Shown here piece by piece: positions 19,770 through 28,693 of a DNA stretch of 38,295 bases; position 1 is the stretch's first letter, and each line of letters opens with the position of its first letter. The DNA lies in the NCBI GenBank assembly GCA_044345405.1, contig JBIJBE010000037.1, positions 1-38,295 on the forward strand, in the 5' to 3' direction. The notes below the pieces were generated by a model. The model saw nothing but the letters and a program-made list of their open reading frames with translations, was not told the origin of the DNA and searched no databases. Position numbers and translations under genes: made by a program. Origin of the DNA: Bdellovibrionota bacterium. GTDB taxonomy: Bacteria; Bdellovibrionota_C; UBA2361; OMII01.

Positions 19770-20159
19770 CTATGCGTACAACCGGACGGGAGACTCCTCG
19801 GACTCCGCTTCGATAGCGTACGCTCTTCCGCTCGGCAGCTCCCCCGTAAGCAGGATAACTTCATCACCGAATACGAGACGATGATTCCAGGCCGGGTCTC
19901 CAAAGGCAGGAAAGTGTGGAGATAGCTCTCCCCGAAGGAGAACGGGGGATCCTACCTTAAGATTCGCCAAAGCGTAGGTCGCTTGAGCGCCGACAAGGAC
20001 GACACGGTACAGTCCCCTTTTTTGATCGGTTCCGAGGTGATCCCGAAAATCCTCCTCAACGATAACGCTGAACCCTATCGAGGACTCCTCGTCTGGGAGG
20101 GGTAGTCCGATACGTGCTGGAGAGCGTACGACAGTTCCGTATGCGATGATCGAGGTCAT
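19770..20159 (-). CDS. Divergent SSB-like OB-fold protein
   Basis: MTSIIAYGTVVRSP...FSVIVEE...YRVVLVGAQA...LKVGSPVLLRGEL...GDEVILL follows the SSB strand pattern. No DDDIPF tail. Confidence 0.55.
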   Translation of the reverse strand: MTSIIAYGTVVRSPARIGLPLPDEESSIGFSVIVEEDFRDHLGTDQKRGLYRVVLVGAQATYALANLKVGSPVLLRGELSPHFPAFGDPAWNHRLVFGDEVILLTGELPSGRAYAIEAESEESPVRLYA

Positions 20160-20266
20160 GCGGCACCCTATGTCGGTTAACGTGGCGTACGGGATATGCC
20201 ACATCTTCCCCGAAATGGAGGGATGCCGAGAAATCAGACGGGAAAAGTCGTGTCAGTCACGACTTC

Positions 20267-20728
20267 TTATTGAATGACCCCTTGAACGGTGACCTTCGTT
20301 ACCGAGCGTCCGTTCTTACGAGCACCGGCGGCATCGATCAATACAACGGTCGTCGTAATCTCGCCTTCGGCGTTACATCCGAGCTCGATCGGAGCGCCGT
20401 TCGCGTTCGCTGAGATCTGTAACATGGCGGGATTTCCCGCGGTGGGCGCTACCTTGGTGAGCCCCGATACATTACCCTTGGTAAGCGCAACCACGGCTGG
20501 CTTCTTAACAAGCACACGAGCGCTCACAAAAGCCTGCTTATACCCTTGCTCCAGATATTGCTTTGTCGCCTCGGCGGAGATCACCGCCCCAAGCGCGCGC
20601 GCCGATGGAAAGAGACATCGTCCAGTGGGCCCCTTGGTCGCCGCCGGTTTTGTTGTCTGCGCCTGCGCCACACCACTAACACTCATGAAAACCACAACGG
20701 CAAACGCCGCGATAAAACGTATCATCAT
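20267..20728 (-). CDS. Secreted hypothetical protein
   Basis: Signal peptide (VAQA|Q), two Cys; 153 aa. Confidence 0.75.
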   Translation of the reverse strand: MMIRFIAAFAVVVFMSVSGVAQAQTTKPAATKGPTGRCLFPSARALGAVISAEATKQYLEQGYKQAFVSARVLVKKPAVVALTKGNVSGLTKVAPTAGNPAMLQISANANGAPIELGCNAEGEITTTVVLIDAAGARKNGRSVTKVTVQGVIQ

Positions 20729-20924
20729 CCCTCTAGCTCCCCATAACAGTCACAATTGACTTACTCAGTTATGGGCGTGGGTTATAACGAGTGTGTCACA
20801 AGGGGCTAACAAAAATGAAACGGAATACGTAGCCGCCGGTGAAACGTTTTATTCTGCTCAGAGAATCAGGGGCTTACAACACGAGCCGAAAGGCGCGAAC
20901 GTCGAGACTGCCAGGAGGTATTCT

Positions 20925-21788
20925 ATGATCGTGTTGGCTGTAGGAAGGCGACTATGGGCTACCGGGTATGCAGTTCTTGCGGTCACCCTACTGTGGCAGG
21001 TGATAGAGCCCACGGCGAAGAGCTGGCGCTCTGAGGGATTCGATACATCTTATAACGGAAAGTCATACGCTACCTACAGGATTGACCTCAGACATCAACA
21101 CCTCGAACTCTGGTCAAAGGACGAAACAGGAGCGCGCATTCGGAATGCGGGCGCACTCAAGACTACAGGGGAAAAGCGAGGCAACCGTCTCCTCTTTGCC
21201 ACCAACGCGGGTATATTCAGCTCCGCGTTCGTTCCGCTCGGACTCTACATTGAGCGAGGGCAACAGTTGGTATCGCTTAATACCGACAGCGGGCCGGGAA
21301 ATTTTTACATGAAACCCAACGGCGTCTTTTCAGTAGCGGGACACAAGGGCTCCATCGTTACCACTCAGGCGTTCAACGTAAGCTCCCCCGTTGATTATGC
21401 CACCCAGTCTGGCCCCCTCTTACTAGAGGAGGGGACCATTAACTCCTTATTTCATCCACACTCAACGAATCGTCTCGTTCGCAGTGGCGTGGGAATTCGT
21501 GGAGAGTCAGAGGTTTTTTTCGCGATATCAAACGACCCGGTTAACTTTTATGAATTTGCCCTGCTCTTCAGGGATAAACTCGGGTGTACATCAGCTCTCT
21601 ACCTCGATGGAGTGATCTCCGCGATGTATGCGGCAGACCGCGGGAGGAACCAAACCTCGGGAGATTTTGCCGCGATGTTCGCGCTCTTCGAAAAACTTCC
21701 CCACGACGAGGCGACTCCGGAGAGCCGTAAACCGAATCGACGAAGGCGGGATATCGTGGAGTCCGAACCTCGGGATGACGGGGAGTGA
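20925..21788 (+). CDS. Phosphodiester glycosidase (NAGPA/YigE, DUF2233) family protein
   Basis: FATNAGIF, PLGLYIE, GNFYMKPNGVF, ATQSGPLL, RSGVG and ALYLDG motifs. GGAGG RBS precedes ATG 20925. Confidence 0.88.
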   Translation: MIVLAVGRRLWATGYAVLAVTLLWQVIEPTAKSWRSEGFDTSYNGKSYATYRIDLRHQHLELWSKDETGARIRNAGALKTTGEKRGNRLLFATNAGIFSSAFVPLGLYIERGQQLVSLNTDSGPGNFYMKPNGVFSVAGHKGSIVTTQAFNVSSPVDYATQSGPLLLEEGTINSLFHPHSTNRLVRSGVGIRGESEVFFAISNDPVNFYEFALLFRDKLGCTSALYLDGVISAMYAADRGRNQTSGDFAAMFALFEKLPHDEATPESRKPNRRRRDIVESEPRDDGE

Positions 21789-21795
21789 TTCGGGT

Positions 21796-21860
21796 GAGAC
21801 TCCCTAACCCGTCATCCAAATCTTGGCGCAGCCAAGTTTGGATAGGAAATGATGGGGTGG
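21796..21860. repeat. Copy 1 of the hairpin + tRNA-His 3'-end repeat
   Basis: TCCCTAACCCGTCATCCAAATCTTGGCGCAGCCAAGTTTGGATAGGAAATGATGGGGTGG is identical to the sequence ending at 22991. Confidence 0.9.
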
Positions 21861-22044
21861 AGTACCTATGATGATCTAATATCCTGGTATAATCAGATCT
21901 TTTTCCCCCGTTGCATCGTTTTTGCATCGAATTTTAGGGTAATTTTGAAATATCTTGAAATATTGAAATAGTCATATCGGACAGTTATGCCGTGGCATCA
22001 CCATAATAATGGTATTTAAGGTATACTAATGGTATATTATAAGT

Positions 22045-22308
22045 ATGGATTTTGAGTTCGATCTCAAGAAGAGTGCGTCTAATAGGAAGAAACACGGGAT
22101 CGACTTTGAGGAGGCTCAGGAGCTCTGGATCGATCCGCACCTATTGGAAATTGAGGCGAGATCGGCAGATGAGCCACGCTTTCTAATGATTGGAAAGATT
22201 GGCTTAAAACACTGGAGCGCGGTCGTTACCCATCGAAATGACAAGATACGAATTATTTCGGTTAGACGTTCTAGAAAAGAAGAGGTGGAATTATATGAAG
22301 AAAGTTAA
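22045..22308 (+). CDS. brnT: BrnT-family ribonuclease toxin
   Basis: MDFEFDLKKSASNRKKHGIDFEEA...EPRF...RIISVRR matches the DUF497/BrnT signature. Confidence 0.93.
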   Translation: MDFEFDLKKSASNRKKHGIDFEEAQELWIDPHLLEIEARSADEPRFLMIGKIGLKHWSAVVTHRNDKIRIISVRRSRKEEVELYEES

Positions 22309-22540
22309 AGCGAAAGATTTTGATGCTGCATTTGACCGTGGCGAGGATGTTACGAAGTATTTGGACAAATCAAAAGCTCGTCGAGTAAATGCCCAGCTTA
22401 AGAGGGTGAATATTGACTTTCCTGTCTGGGTTATTGATAGCCTCGATAAAGAAGCTCGGCGTCTTGGCATAACCAGACAGTCACTAGTTAAGATGTGGAT
22501 TGCTGAGAAATTTAAAACTGACAATCAAGTTTCTGAGTGA
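22295..22540 (+). CDS. brnA: BrnA/CopG-type ribbon-helix-helix antitoxin
   Basis: FDAAFDRGEDV...RVNIDFPVWVIDSLDKEARRLGITRQSLVKMWI; overlaps the toxin 3' end. Confidence 0.9.
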   Translation: MKKVKAKDFDAAFDRGEDVTKYLDKSKARRVNAQLKRVNIDFPVWVIDSLDKEARRLGITRQSLVKMWIAEKFKTDNQVSE

Positions 22541-22596
22541 GGTGCGGGAACTGGCATTTCAGGAAATTTTTAATGCCTTCCTGAAATGTCAAAGTC

Positions 22597-22744
22597 GCGG
22601 GGTGAAGCCCCGCTCAGGGGCGAGAGGGGCGGCAGCCCCTGGGCGCAAGCGCCGAGAGGGAAAACGAGGGTAGTTAGGGAGACTCCCTAACCCGTCATTC
22701 GAATCTTGGCGCAGCCAAGTTCGAATAGGAAACGAGTGGGGTGG
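22597..22744. repeat. Copy 2 of the ~148-bp multi-hairpin repeat ending in the tRNA 3' core
   Basis: Near-identical to 22843-22991. Hairpins GCGGGG-TGAAG-CCCCGC, AGGGGC-GGCA-GCCCCT, TTAGGGA-GAC-TCCCTAA and ATTCGAA-T-CTTGGC-GCA-GCCAAG-TTCGAAT. Confidence 0.9.
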
Positions 22745-22983
22745 AGTATCTAAATTTCTGTAACACCTCGAATCATAGATGTAATTCCGAGCGTGCATCC
22801 AAACTGCATCCAACTTTTGAAAGCTCAAGAAATGTCTATCAGGCGGGGTGAAGCCCCGATCAGGGGCGAGAGGGGCGGCAGCCCCTGGGCGAGAACGCCG
22901 AGCGGGAAAAACCGAGGGTCGTTAGGGAGAGTCCCTAACCCGTCATCCAAATCTTGGCGCAGCCAAGTTTGGATAGGAAATGA
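22737..22983. mobile_element. 247-bp empty mini-element adjacent to tRNA-His
   Basis: Same layout as 21853-22736 (core, AGTATCTA, TGCATC-N5-TGCATC at 22794-22810, GAAATGTC, hairpin block) but with no ORF cargo. Confidence 0.6.
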
Positions 22984-23060
22984 TGGGGTGGCTAATGGGG
23001 CTTGAACCCACGACCCTCGGAACCACAATCCGATGCTCTACCAACTGAGCTATAGCCACC
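22984..23060 (-). tRNA. tRNA-His(GTG)
   Basis: Minus strand GGTGGCTATAGCTCAGTTGGTAGAGCATCGGATTGTGGTTCCGAGGGTCGTGGGTTCAAGCCCCATTAGCCACCCCA: cloverleaf with G-1, GTG anticodon and encoded CCA. Confidence 0.97.
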
Positions 23061-23203
23061 ACTCGGGAACGAATGTCGACCTTTGACGGGCGACAGGCAC
23101 CAGAGATTAAAGAAGGCGCCCTTCCAAGTCAATATCACCCCTTACATCGGCGACTTATAACCCTTTTTCGGGGGCTTGCCCCCTGCCCCACCCCTGATGA
23201 CAC

Positions 23204-24229
23204 TTAGTCGACCATGACGGAGACCCGATTCCCAGGGAGTCGTAGCACCCTCTCCTCCATCTCCAACCGAAGTAGTTGGGAAGTGGAGTAACCGGTCATA
23301 CGGAGATATTCGCCAACCGTCATCGTTCGCCACGCCCCTCCATTACTCATATCAGATTCGGCGGGTAGCGCCCCGTACTCCTGTAACACCTCACGAGCTC
23401 CCGCGATTGGAATTGCGCCCTCTTCTATCAGGTTCGCCCCACCCGAACATCGAGTGTCATCCTCGTCAGACTCAAGCACGAACACGTCACGCCCGTATTC
23501 AGCGGCGAATCGCGCCGTCACAAGCGAGCCACTTCGCTCCCCCGCTTGAATGACAACAACCCCGAGCGAGAGCCCTGCCACGATCCGATTCCGTTCAAGA
23601 AAGTGGTGTTTCAATGGCTCTGTTCCCGGGGGGTACTCAGAGATGATGGCGCCCCCACGCTCGACGATCGATTCAGCAAGCGAGGAGTGGGAAGGTGGGT
23701 ATGTTCTCTCGAGACCATGAGCGACGACGGCGATCGTGGGGCACGAGCCTGACGCCGTGAGCGCACCTCGATGCGCGGCGCCATCGATACCGAGCGCCAG
23801 TCCACTGACGACGCACACCTTAGCTCGCGCGAGGTGCCCGCCCAAAATTGAAGTGCGTTGGCACATCTCAACCGAGGCGGCGCGTGTCCCGACAACGGAC
23901 ACCATTGTGGAGGGGAAGTTGAACGTGCGTTCTCGCGCCCGAACAAAGAGCGCGGCCGGCGGTAGCGATGTCGCACGGAGCGCCGCGGGATAACGAACAG
24001 ACGGATATGGGATTACATCGAAGCCACGAGAGATCCCCTCCTCCACCGCCGCCTGGCCCGCCCTAAGCTCGGGACCAGGGAGATACGGTGACAGCGAATC
24101 AAGGGACGCGCCGTTCACAAGTTGCGTCAGGAGCTCAACCTTACGTGCTCGTGGCGCGCAGGTAATGGCGACACACATCGCGCTCAGACGCGCATCTTTT
24201 TCGGAAAAATTTGGTTCTGACACAAACAC
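23204..24229 (-). CDS. dprA: DNA-processing protein DprA
   Basis: VSVVGTR, VVSGLALGIDGAAHRGAL, ISEYPPG, HFLERNRIVAGLS and SGSLVTA motifs. Confidence 0.95.
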   Translation of the reverse strand: MFVSEPNFSEKDARLSAMCVAITCAPRARKVELLTQLVNGASLDSLSPYLPGPELRAGQAAVEEGISRGFDVIPYPSVRYPAALRATSLPPAALFVRARERTFNFPSTMVSVVGTRAASVEMCQRTSILGGHLARAKVCVVSGLALGIDGAAHRGALTASGSCPTIAVVAHGLERTYPPSHSSLAESIVERGGAIISEYPPGTEPLKHHFLERNRIVAGLSLGVVVIQAGERSGSLVTARFAAEYGRDVFVLESDEDDTRCSGGANLIEEGAIPIAGAREVLQEYGALPAESDMSNGGAWRTMTVGEYLRMTGYSTSQLLRLEMEERVLRLPGNRVSVMVD

Positions 24230-24286
24230 CTCTCAGCGATACGGGAGAGGTATGTTCGGTGGAAACTCGAAATGGTTGCTCCGAAT

Positions 24287-24793
24287 TTACCGGGAAACGG
24301 AATCAGCCGACTTTCGGTCAGCCTCCTCCTGAGCCGCGAGTTGCTCCTGAACTACTTTGCGGAAGATCAGCGGATCCGGAATAAATCGGAGGATCTCATC
24401 CGTTCCCCCTGTTCCGGTTACCTCAATATCCCCGTAGTTGAGTATGCGGCCGAGGATACTTTGCGAGAGACGGATCGCCTCTACCTTGTTTAAAACGATA
24501 TCGAGCGAGGTCCGACGAATAAACCCGGTTTTTCCGAGAACCCGCTTAGAGGTAATACCGAATTCGGAGGACAGGAAGAGAACGAGCCTATCCGTTAGTC
24601 GCCAGAGTGAGGCAAACAGCATGATACCGACAACGACCTGAAGAACCGGCGCATAGGGCATCGAGTCCAGAATGGCGAACGATCCGGCCAACAGGGATGT
24701 AGCGGCGGCTGGAAACAGAAGGACGATCGGATGAAGTCTGGTGACGTGCACCATGTCTTCATCTTCCATCAAATTCTTCTCGATATAACTCAT
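24287..24793 (-). CDS. Bacterial PH-domain (bPH_2) membrane protein
   Basis: MSYIEKNL...E, two TM segments, EFGITSKRV..KTGFI and QSILGRILNYGDIEVTGTG. Confidence 0.85.
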   Translation of the reverse strand: MSYIEKNLMEDEDMVHVTRLHPIVLLFPAAATSLLAGSFAILDSMPYAPVLQVVVGIMLFASLWRLTDRLVLFLSSEFGITSKRVLGKTGFIRRTSLDIVLNKVEAIRLSQSILGRILNYGDIEVTGTGGTDEILRFIPDPLIFRKVVQEQLAAQEEADRKSADSVSR

Positions 24794-25135
24794 CTTGCTT
24801 CCTAAGAAACTTATTGCCGAATTGTACCCAGTAACGTCGAACCTACTCAACTATGTGTTGGCGATTGCCCGCGTCGGACCGCAGTATCCCGTTAAGTATC
24901 GCAGATTTACGTTCTAAGGGTAGAGGTTTTCACACGAATTGAGGCACCTATCATGCCCTCTCCTCATGGGCCCCCTCCGTTCAGCTCCGCCCCCTCCAAG
25001 TTCCTCGTGAATCACCGTTGTACCACCTAAAAAACTTTATCTTCTGGCGTTATTTTTTGCGAACGCTCCTCAACCTTTTCCTAACTCCGTCCGACCCTCA
25101 AGCAGTGGCAAAACAAGGGAGACGTAGTAGCCGTC

Positions 25136-26248
25136 ATGGACGTTAGTGGTAAGGAATTCACCCTCAATTTTCACGGATTCGAGCAGGACGATCCAGAGAC
25201 CGTGAAGAGATTCACCGCTTTCTGCGAAGCTAACTTCGCGCTCTCGCCTGATACCTTTGGTGACGCCAACGAGCTGGCAGACACCGTTGTGCTTACCCAC
25301 GGGGAATCTCATGAGGCGCTTGAGGCGCTCGCCAAGGTGCTCCGCGAGATAGGCGCTCGGGTAGACGTATCTGAAGGGTGCCGATTTGAGGGAAGCGACA
25401 TACTCGATGGACCCTCCCCCCAAGAACTGCATCGCCTCTTTGGGCATCGAAACGACGATGGCTCAAGCTCAACCGACGGCCCCTCGTGTCCGTATCCACC
25501 ACTCGGCCGCACCCTCTACCTCCTTACCCAATCTGACGGAGTTTTTGATCGACGACGGTTACGTCCCAAGACCTACCGCTCGGAAGCTCGTCGAGAGGAG
25601 GCTCGTCAAGAAGCGGCGACACGTATCTCGCGCCGAAACCATGCACTCGTGGTGGTGAGCGCCATATCTCTCTGCGTTGGAATAGTAGCGCTGATCGCGG
25701 CGACGGTCCTTGTGAAGCGATCGCCGTTATCACTCGATAGCCGGGAACGCCACTCACTATTTCAGTCTCGGGAAGTGAGTGAGATACCCAAGAGCGATGG
25801 GGCACTCGAAGCCATCCCCTCGGCGAGAACATTAAGCGCGAACAAGCGCGGCAAAGGTTTTACCATCGACGTGAAGGTTCTCGCGAGCTCACGTTCCCTC
25901 TCGATTAGCTCGCTTACCCTTACACCCAACGACCGGTTCGAAACGCAAGACAGATCGGTGATTAAGAAGGTAGTGGGCGACCCAACGTTTCTCACCGAAT
26001 TTTCTCCGGGCGAATGGAAGGGACGAGTTCAACTCTCGGTGTTCGTCGAAAAAGAGGGACGAGAGTCTCACGTCACGATCCCAGCGCTCGTATCAGTGAA
26101 GGTTAGTGAGGACAACACCGTAGGACGGGCGGTCATCGAGGTCGCGAATGAAGCTCTAAAGAATTCTTCAGAGTACACAGTGGCGCTCGGCTCTCAAGCA
26201 TCCTCTCGTCTCCTCACCTTCGCGGTTTCGGACCTCACCCTCTCCTAG
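25136..26248 (+). CDS. Hypothetical bitopic membrane protein
   Basis: 370-aa ORF with one central TM segment (ALVVVSAISLCVGIVALIAATVLV). Confidence 0.7.
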   Translation: MDVSGKEFTLNFHGFEQDDPETVKRFTAFCEANFALSPDTFGDANELADTVVLTHGESHEALEALAKVLREIGARVDVSEGCRFEGSDILDGPSPQELHRLFGHRNDDGSSSTDGPSCPYPPLGRTLYLLTQSDGVFDRRRLRPKTYRSEARREEARQEAATRISRRNHALVVVSAISLCVGIVALIAATVLVKRSPLSLDSRERHSLFQSREVSEIPKSDGALEAIPSARTLSANKRGKGFTIDVKVLASSRSLSISSLTLTPNDRFETQDRSVIKKVVGDPTFLTEFSPGEWKGRVQLSVFVEKEGRESHVTIPALVSVKVSEDNTVGRAVIEVANEALKNSSEYTVALGSQASSRLLTFAVSDLTLS

Positions 26249-27090
26249 CGTGAACGTTTCTTTGAGCTCGACTTACTCGCCGATTTCTTGGCGACAACCT
26301 TTTTAGGCGCCACCTTCTTAGTAGGCTTAACGGGCTTCGCGACCTTCTTGGGGGCTACCTTCGATGCTTTCGCTGGCGCGGCCTTCGATGCAACGGCTTT
26401 ACCTGCCGCTACCTTCACAGGAGCGGAGACCTTCTTCCCCTTCTCCGTGTTGTGCGGAGGAGCCTTTACACCTTTGGCGGGCTTGGCTTGAACCGTCGGT
26501 TTCGCCGGCGCGGCGGCCGGAGCCTTCCCCTTAGCTGGAGCAACCACCTTAGCGGGTGGAGCCGCAACCTTCTTCGAAGGCGGAGGAGTCACCTTTGGCT
26601 TACCTGGACGACGTTGCGCGATCGGAGCGACGATCTTCCCACGTCGAATGCCCTGCTCCATCGGCGATAACTTGACCTGCGGCAAACTTACATCGGCGGC
26701 GCCCTTAATGTTCACGGCGCTCGCGGAGACCGGCTCGATCGGAGTCCCCTCAACTACCTTGCCACCTTGCCGAAGAATCGGGCGAGGCTTTGGTCCCTTC
26801 ATGCGATACTGAGAACCTGGGGGCTTAGGCGCGGGAGCGGCAGCTTTCTCAGCTTTGGCGTCCTTGTCCGCCTTATCATCCTTTGGCTTCTCGCCTTCCG
26901 GAGCCTTTTCATCCGACAGCGTGACACGGGTGTTATCGAGCCGCGCCATCGTATCGGGGATATCCTCGGGCGATGAGAGCCAGGTAACGCCGTTGACGCT
27001 ATAGAGCGTAACGAACTGGCCGTTAATCATTACTCTCTTGCTGAGATATTGTTGGCTCTGGTCGCCTGATGTTGAATCTTGGGCACTCAT
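26245..27090 (-). CDS. Hypothetical protein with a histone-H1-like Lys/Ala/Pro-rich C-terminus
   Basis: Small folded N-terminal segment, then KKVA/PAK repeats ending KKSASKSSSKKRSR. Start at 27090 or 27117. Confidence 0.75.
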   Translation of the reverse strand: MSAQDSTSGDQSQQYLSKRVMINGQFVTLYSVNGVTWLSSPEDIPDTMARLDNTRVTLSDEKAPEGEKPKDDKADKDAKAEKAAAPAPKPPGSQYRMKGPKPRPILRQGGKVVEGTPIEPVSASAVNIKGAADVSLPQVKLSPMEQGIRRGKIVAPIAQRRPGKPKVTPPPSKKVAAPPAKVVAPAKGKAPAAAPAKPTVQAKPAKGVKAPPHNTEKGKKVSAPVKVAAGKAVASKAAPAKASKVAPKKVAKPVKPTKKVAPKKVVAKKSASKSSSKKRSR

Positions 27091-27263
27091 GGTATCCTGC
27101 CGTGCACTTCCAAACATGGGTTAGCTAACGCCCTTTCAATAAGTTGCGCCGATTTTCGGCGCTTCTAGGCGCAAAGGGGTCGATTAGTAAGATGATTGCT
27201 GACCCTCTCCGAGATGCGCTTAAGCTCATTGTCACCCTCACTTTTTTCAAGTAAAGCACCCCC

Positions 27264-28478
27264 ATGACCGACGGCTCCTATTCCCCTCCCTATCCCGGAT
27301 TCTCACGCCGAAGCGGCGACGCAGAGACCAACCAGCAGAACCTCGCAATCTCGTGGCCCAAGAACGTAACGGAGCTCCATGTGCACCTTGGCGGATCGGT
27401 GCCTCTCTATCGGTTATGGGAGATCGCGATAGACCGGGGCATTCGCGGGATCGGTTCAGGGTACGAAGACTTTATCAATATCCTCAAAATCCAGGACGGC
27501 AAGGTAAAGGATCTCGATAGCTACCTTGAGGTCTACGATAAAGTAGAGCTGATCCAATCCGGCCCGGCGTCCGTGCGCGAGAGCATCATCATCGCCGTCC
27601 ACCGCGCCTATCGAACCGGTGGCATGGTGAAGGTTGGGCCGGGTGGCGAAGGAGGTTCACCAGAAAGCCTCTTCGCGATTCGACGCCTCGAGCTTCGATG
27701 GAATCCACTCAAGAGAACGGGGGCGGTGTTCCTCAAAGGAAGTCACGCGGGATTGTACGACATGGATCGGGTTATCAAATCAGCGGTGAGCGCCGTTGAA
27801 GAGGTTGAGCTCGGATTTCGAGGCCAGATCCAGGTTGGTCACATCTTCTGTTTCGGACGCGACCTCACCTTCGAGGCGAACATGGCGCTCGCGCGAAAGA
27901 CACGGATGTGGAAAGAGCAGACGAACAAGATTATCGGCATCGATCTCGCCGGCAATGAATCGCTCAATCCCCTCTCAAATCCTCGGAGGCTTGAGGAGAT
28001 GCGAATCGTCTTCGAGGAGGCGGGCCCTGGACTCGGTCGAACGGTTCACGTCGGAGAGACACACCACGTCGACGTTGAGACATTTGTTAAAACGATTGAG
28101 ACCCTTCACCCCTCTCGCGTCGGACATCCGATCGCGGCGGTGCGGGCGTTGTGGGACAAGAAGGACGATCGCGGGATCAAGATCCTTAAGGAGCGTAAGA
28201 TCGTGTGTGAGCTGTGCGTGAAGTCCAACCTTCTCACGGGAGCCGTGAAGGACCTTCAGGAATACGGACGTCTCTTAAGAACCCTTGATGAGCACGGTAT
28301 CGAGTACACCTTCTCGACGGACGCGCCCTCCCTGCAAGGGACCTCTCTCGCGCAAGAACTCCTGATGCTCCTGGACGCCAACGCCGCGACCGCGGAGCAG
28401 ATACTTCGAGCGCTTAAGGTTGCTGAGCGGGCTAGCTTCCTTCCAACGCCAACGGCCAAGGGGACCGAGGCACCTTAA
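27264..28478 (+). CDS. Adenosine/AMP deaminase-family metallo-amidohydrolase
   Basis: ELHVHLGGS, LELR, GIDLAGNE, TVHVGE, RVGH, ELCVKSN and STDAP motifs. Confidence 0.88.
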   Translation: MTDGSYSPPYPGFSRRSGDAETNQQNLAISWPKNVTELHVHLGGSVPLYRLWEIAIDRGIRGIGSGYEDFINILKIQDGKVKDLDSYLEVYDKVELIQSGPASVRESIIIAVHRAYRTGGMVKVGPGGEGGSPESLFAIRRLELRWNPLKRTGAVFLKGSHAGLYDMDRVIKSAVSAVEEVELGFRGQIQVGHIFCFGRDLTFEANMALARKTRMWKEQTNKIIGIDLAGNESLNPLSNPRRLEEMRIVFEEAGPGLGRTVHVGETHHVDVETFVKTIETLHPSRVGHPIAAVRALWDKKDDRGIKILKERKIVCELCVKSNLLTGAVKDLQEYGRLLRTLDEHGIEYTFSTDAPSLQGTSLAQELLMLLDANAATAEQILRALKVAERASFLPTPTAKGTEAP

Positions 28479-28693
28479 ACCAACAAGATCAACCTCATGA
28501 GTCCCCTTTCTTAGGGTGAAGGGGTCCAAAAAAGAAGTAGGTAAAGGGGATCTCTCTACCTTGTAAAATACCCCGCACGGGCTTATTCTCCCGATTCAGA
28601 TCGCCGGGCTGGTCGAATGAGGGAGCTCCTTCCCATACACTCACTACTCCCAGTAACGGCCACGGGACACTCACTTTTTTTATGAGGTAGGTC

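Larger units (their letters stand above)
21853..22736. mobile_element. 884-bp integrase-less mini-element at tRNA-His carrying brnTA
   Basis: Bounded by TGGGGTGG cores (21853, 22737). Contains AGTACCTA, TGCATC-N5-TGCATC (21912-21928), AT-rich TA cargo and a ~140-bp multi-hairpin end. Confidence 0.65.

Noticed and set aside
21796-22991. Classical integron attC array
   Set aside because: No RYYYAAC...GTTRRRY boxes bracket the hairpins and there is no intI. The repeats end in the tRNA 3' core instead.
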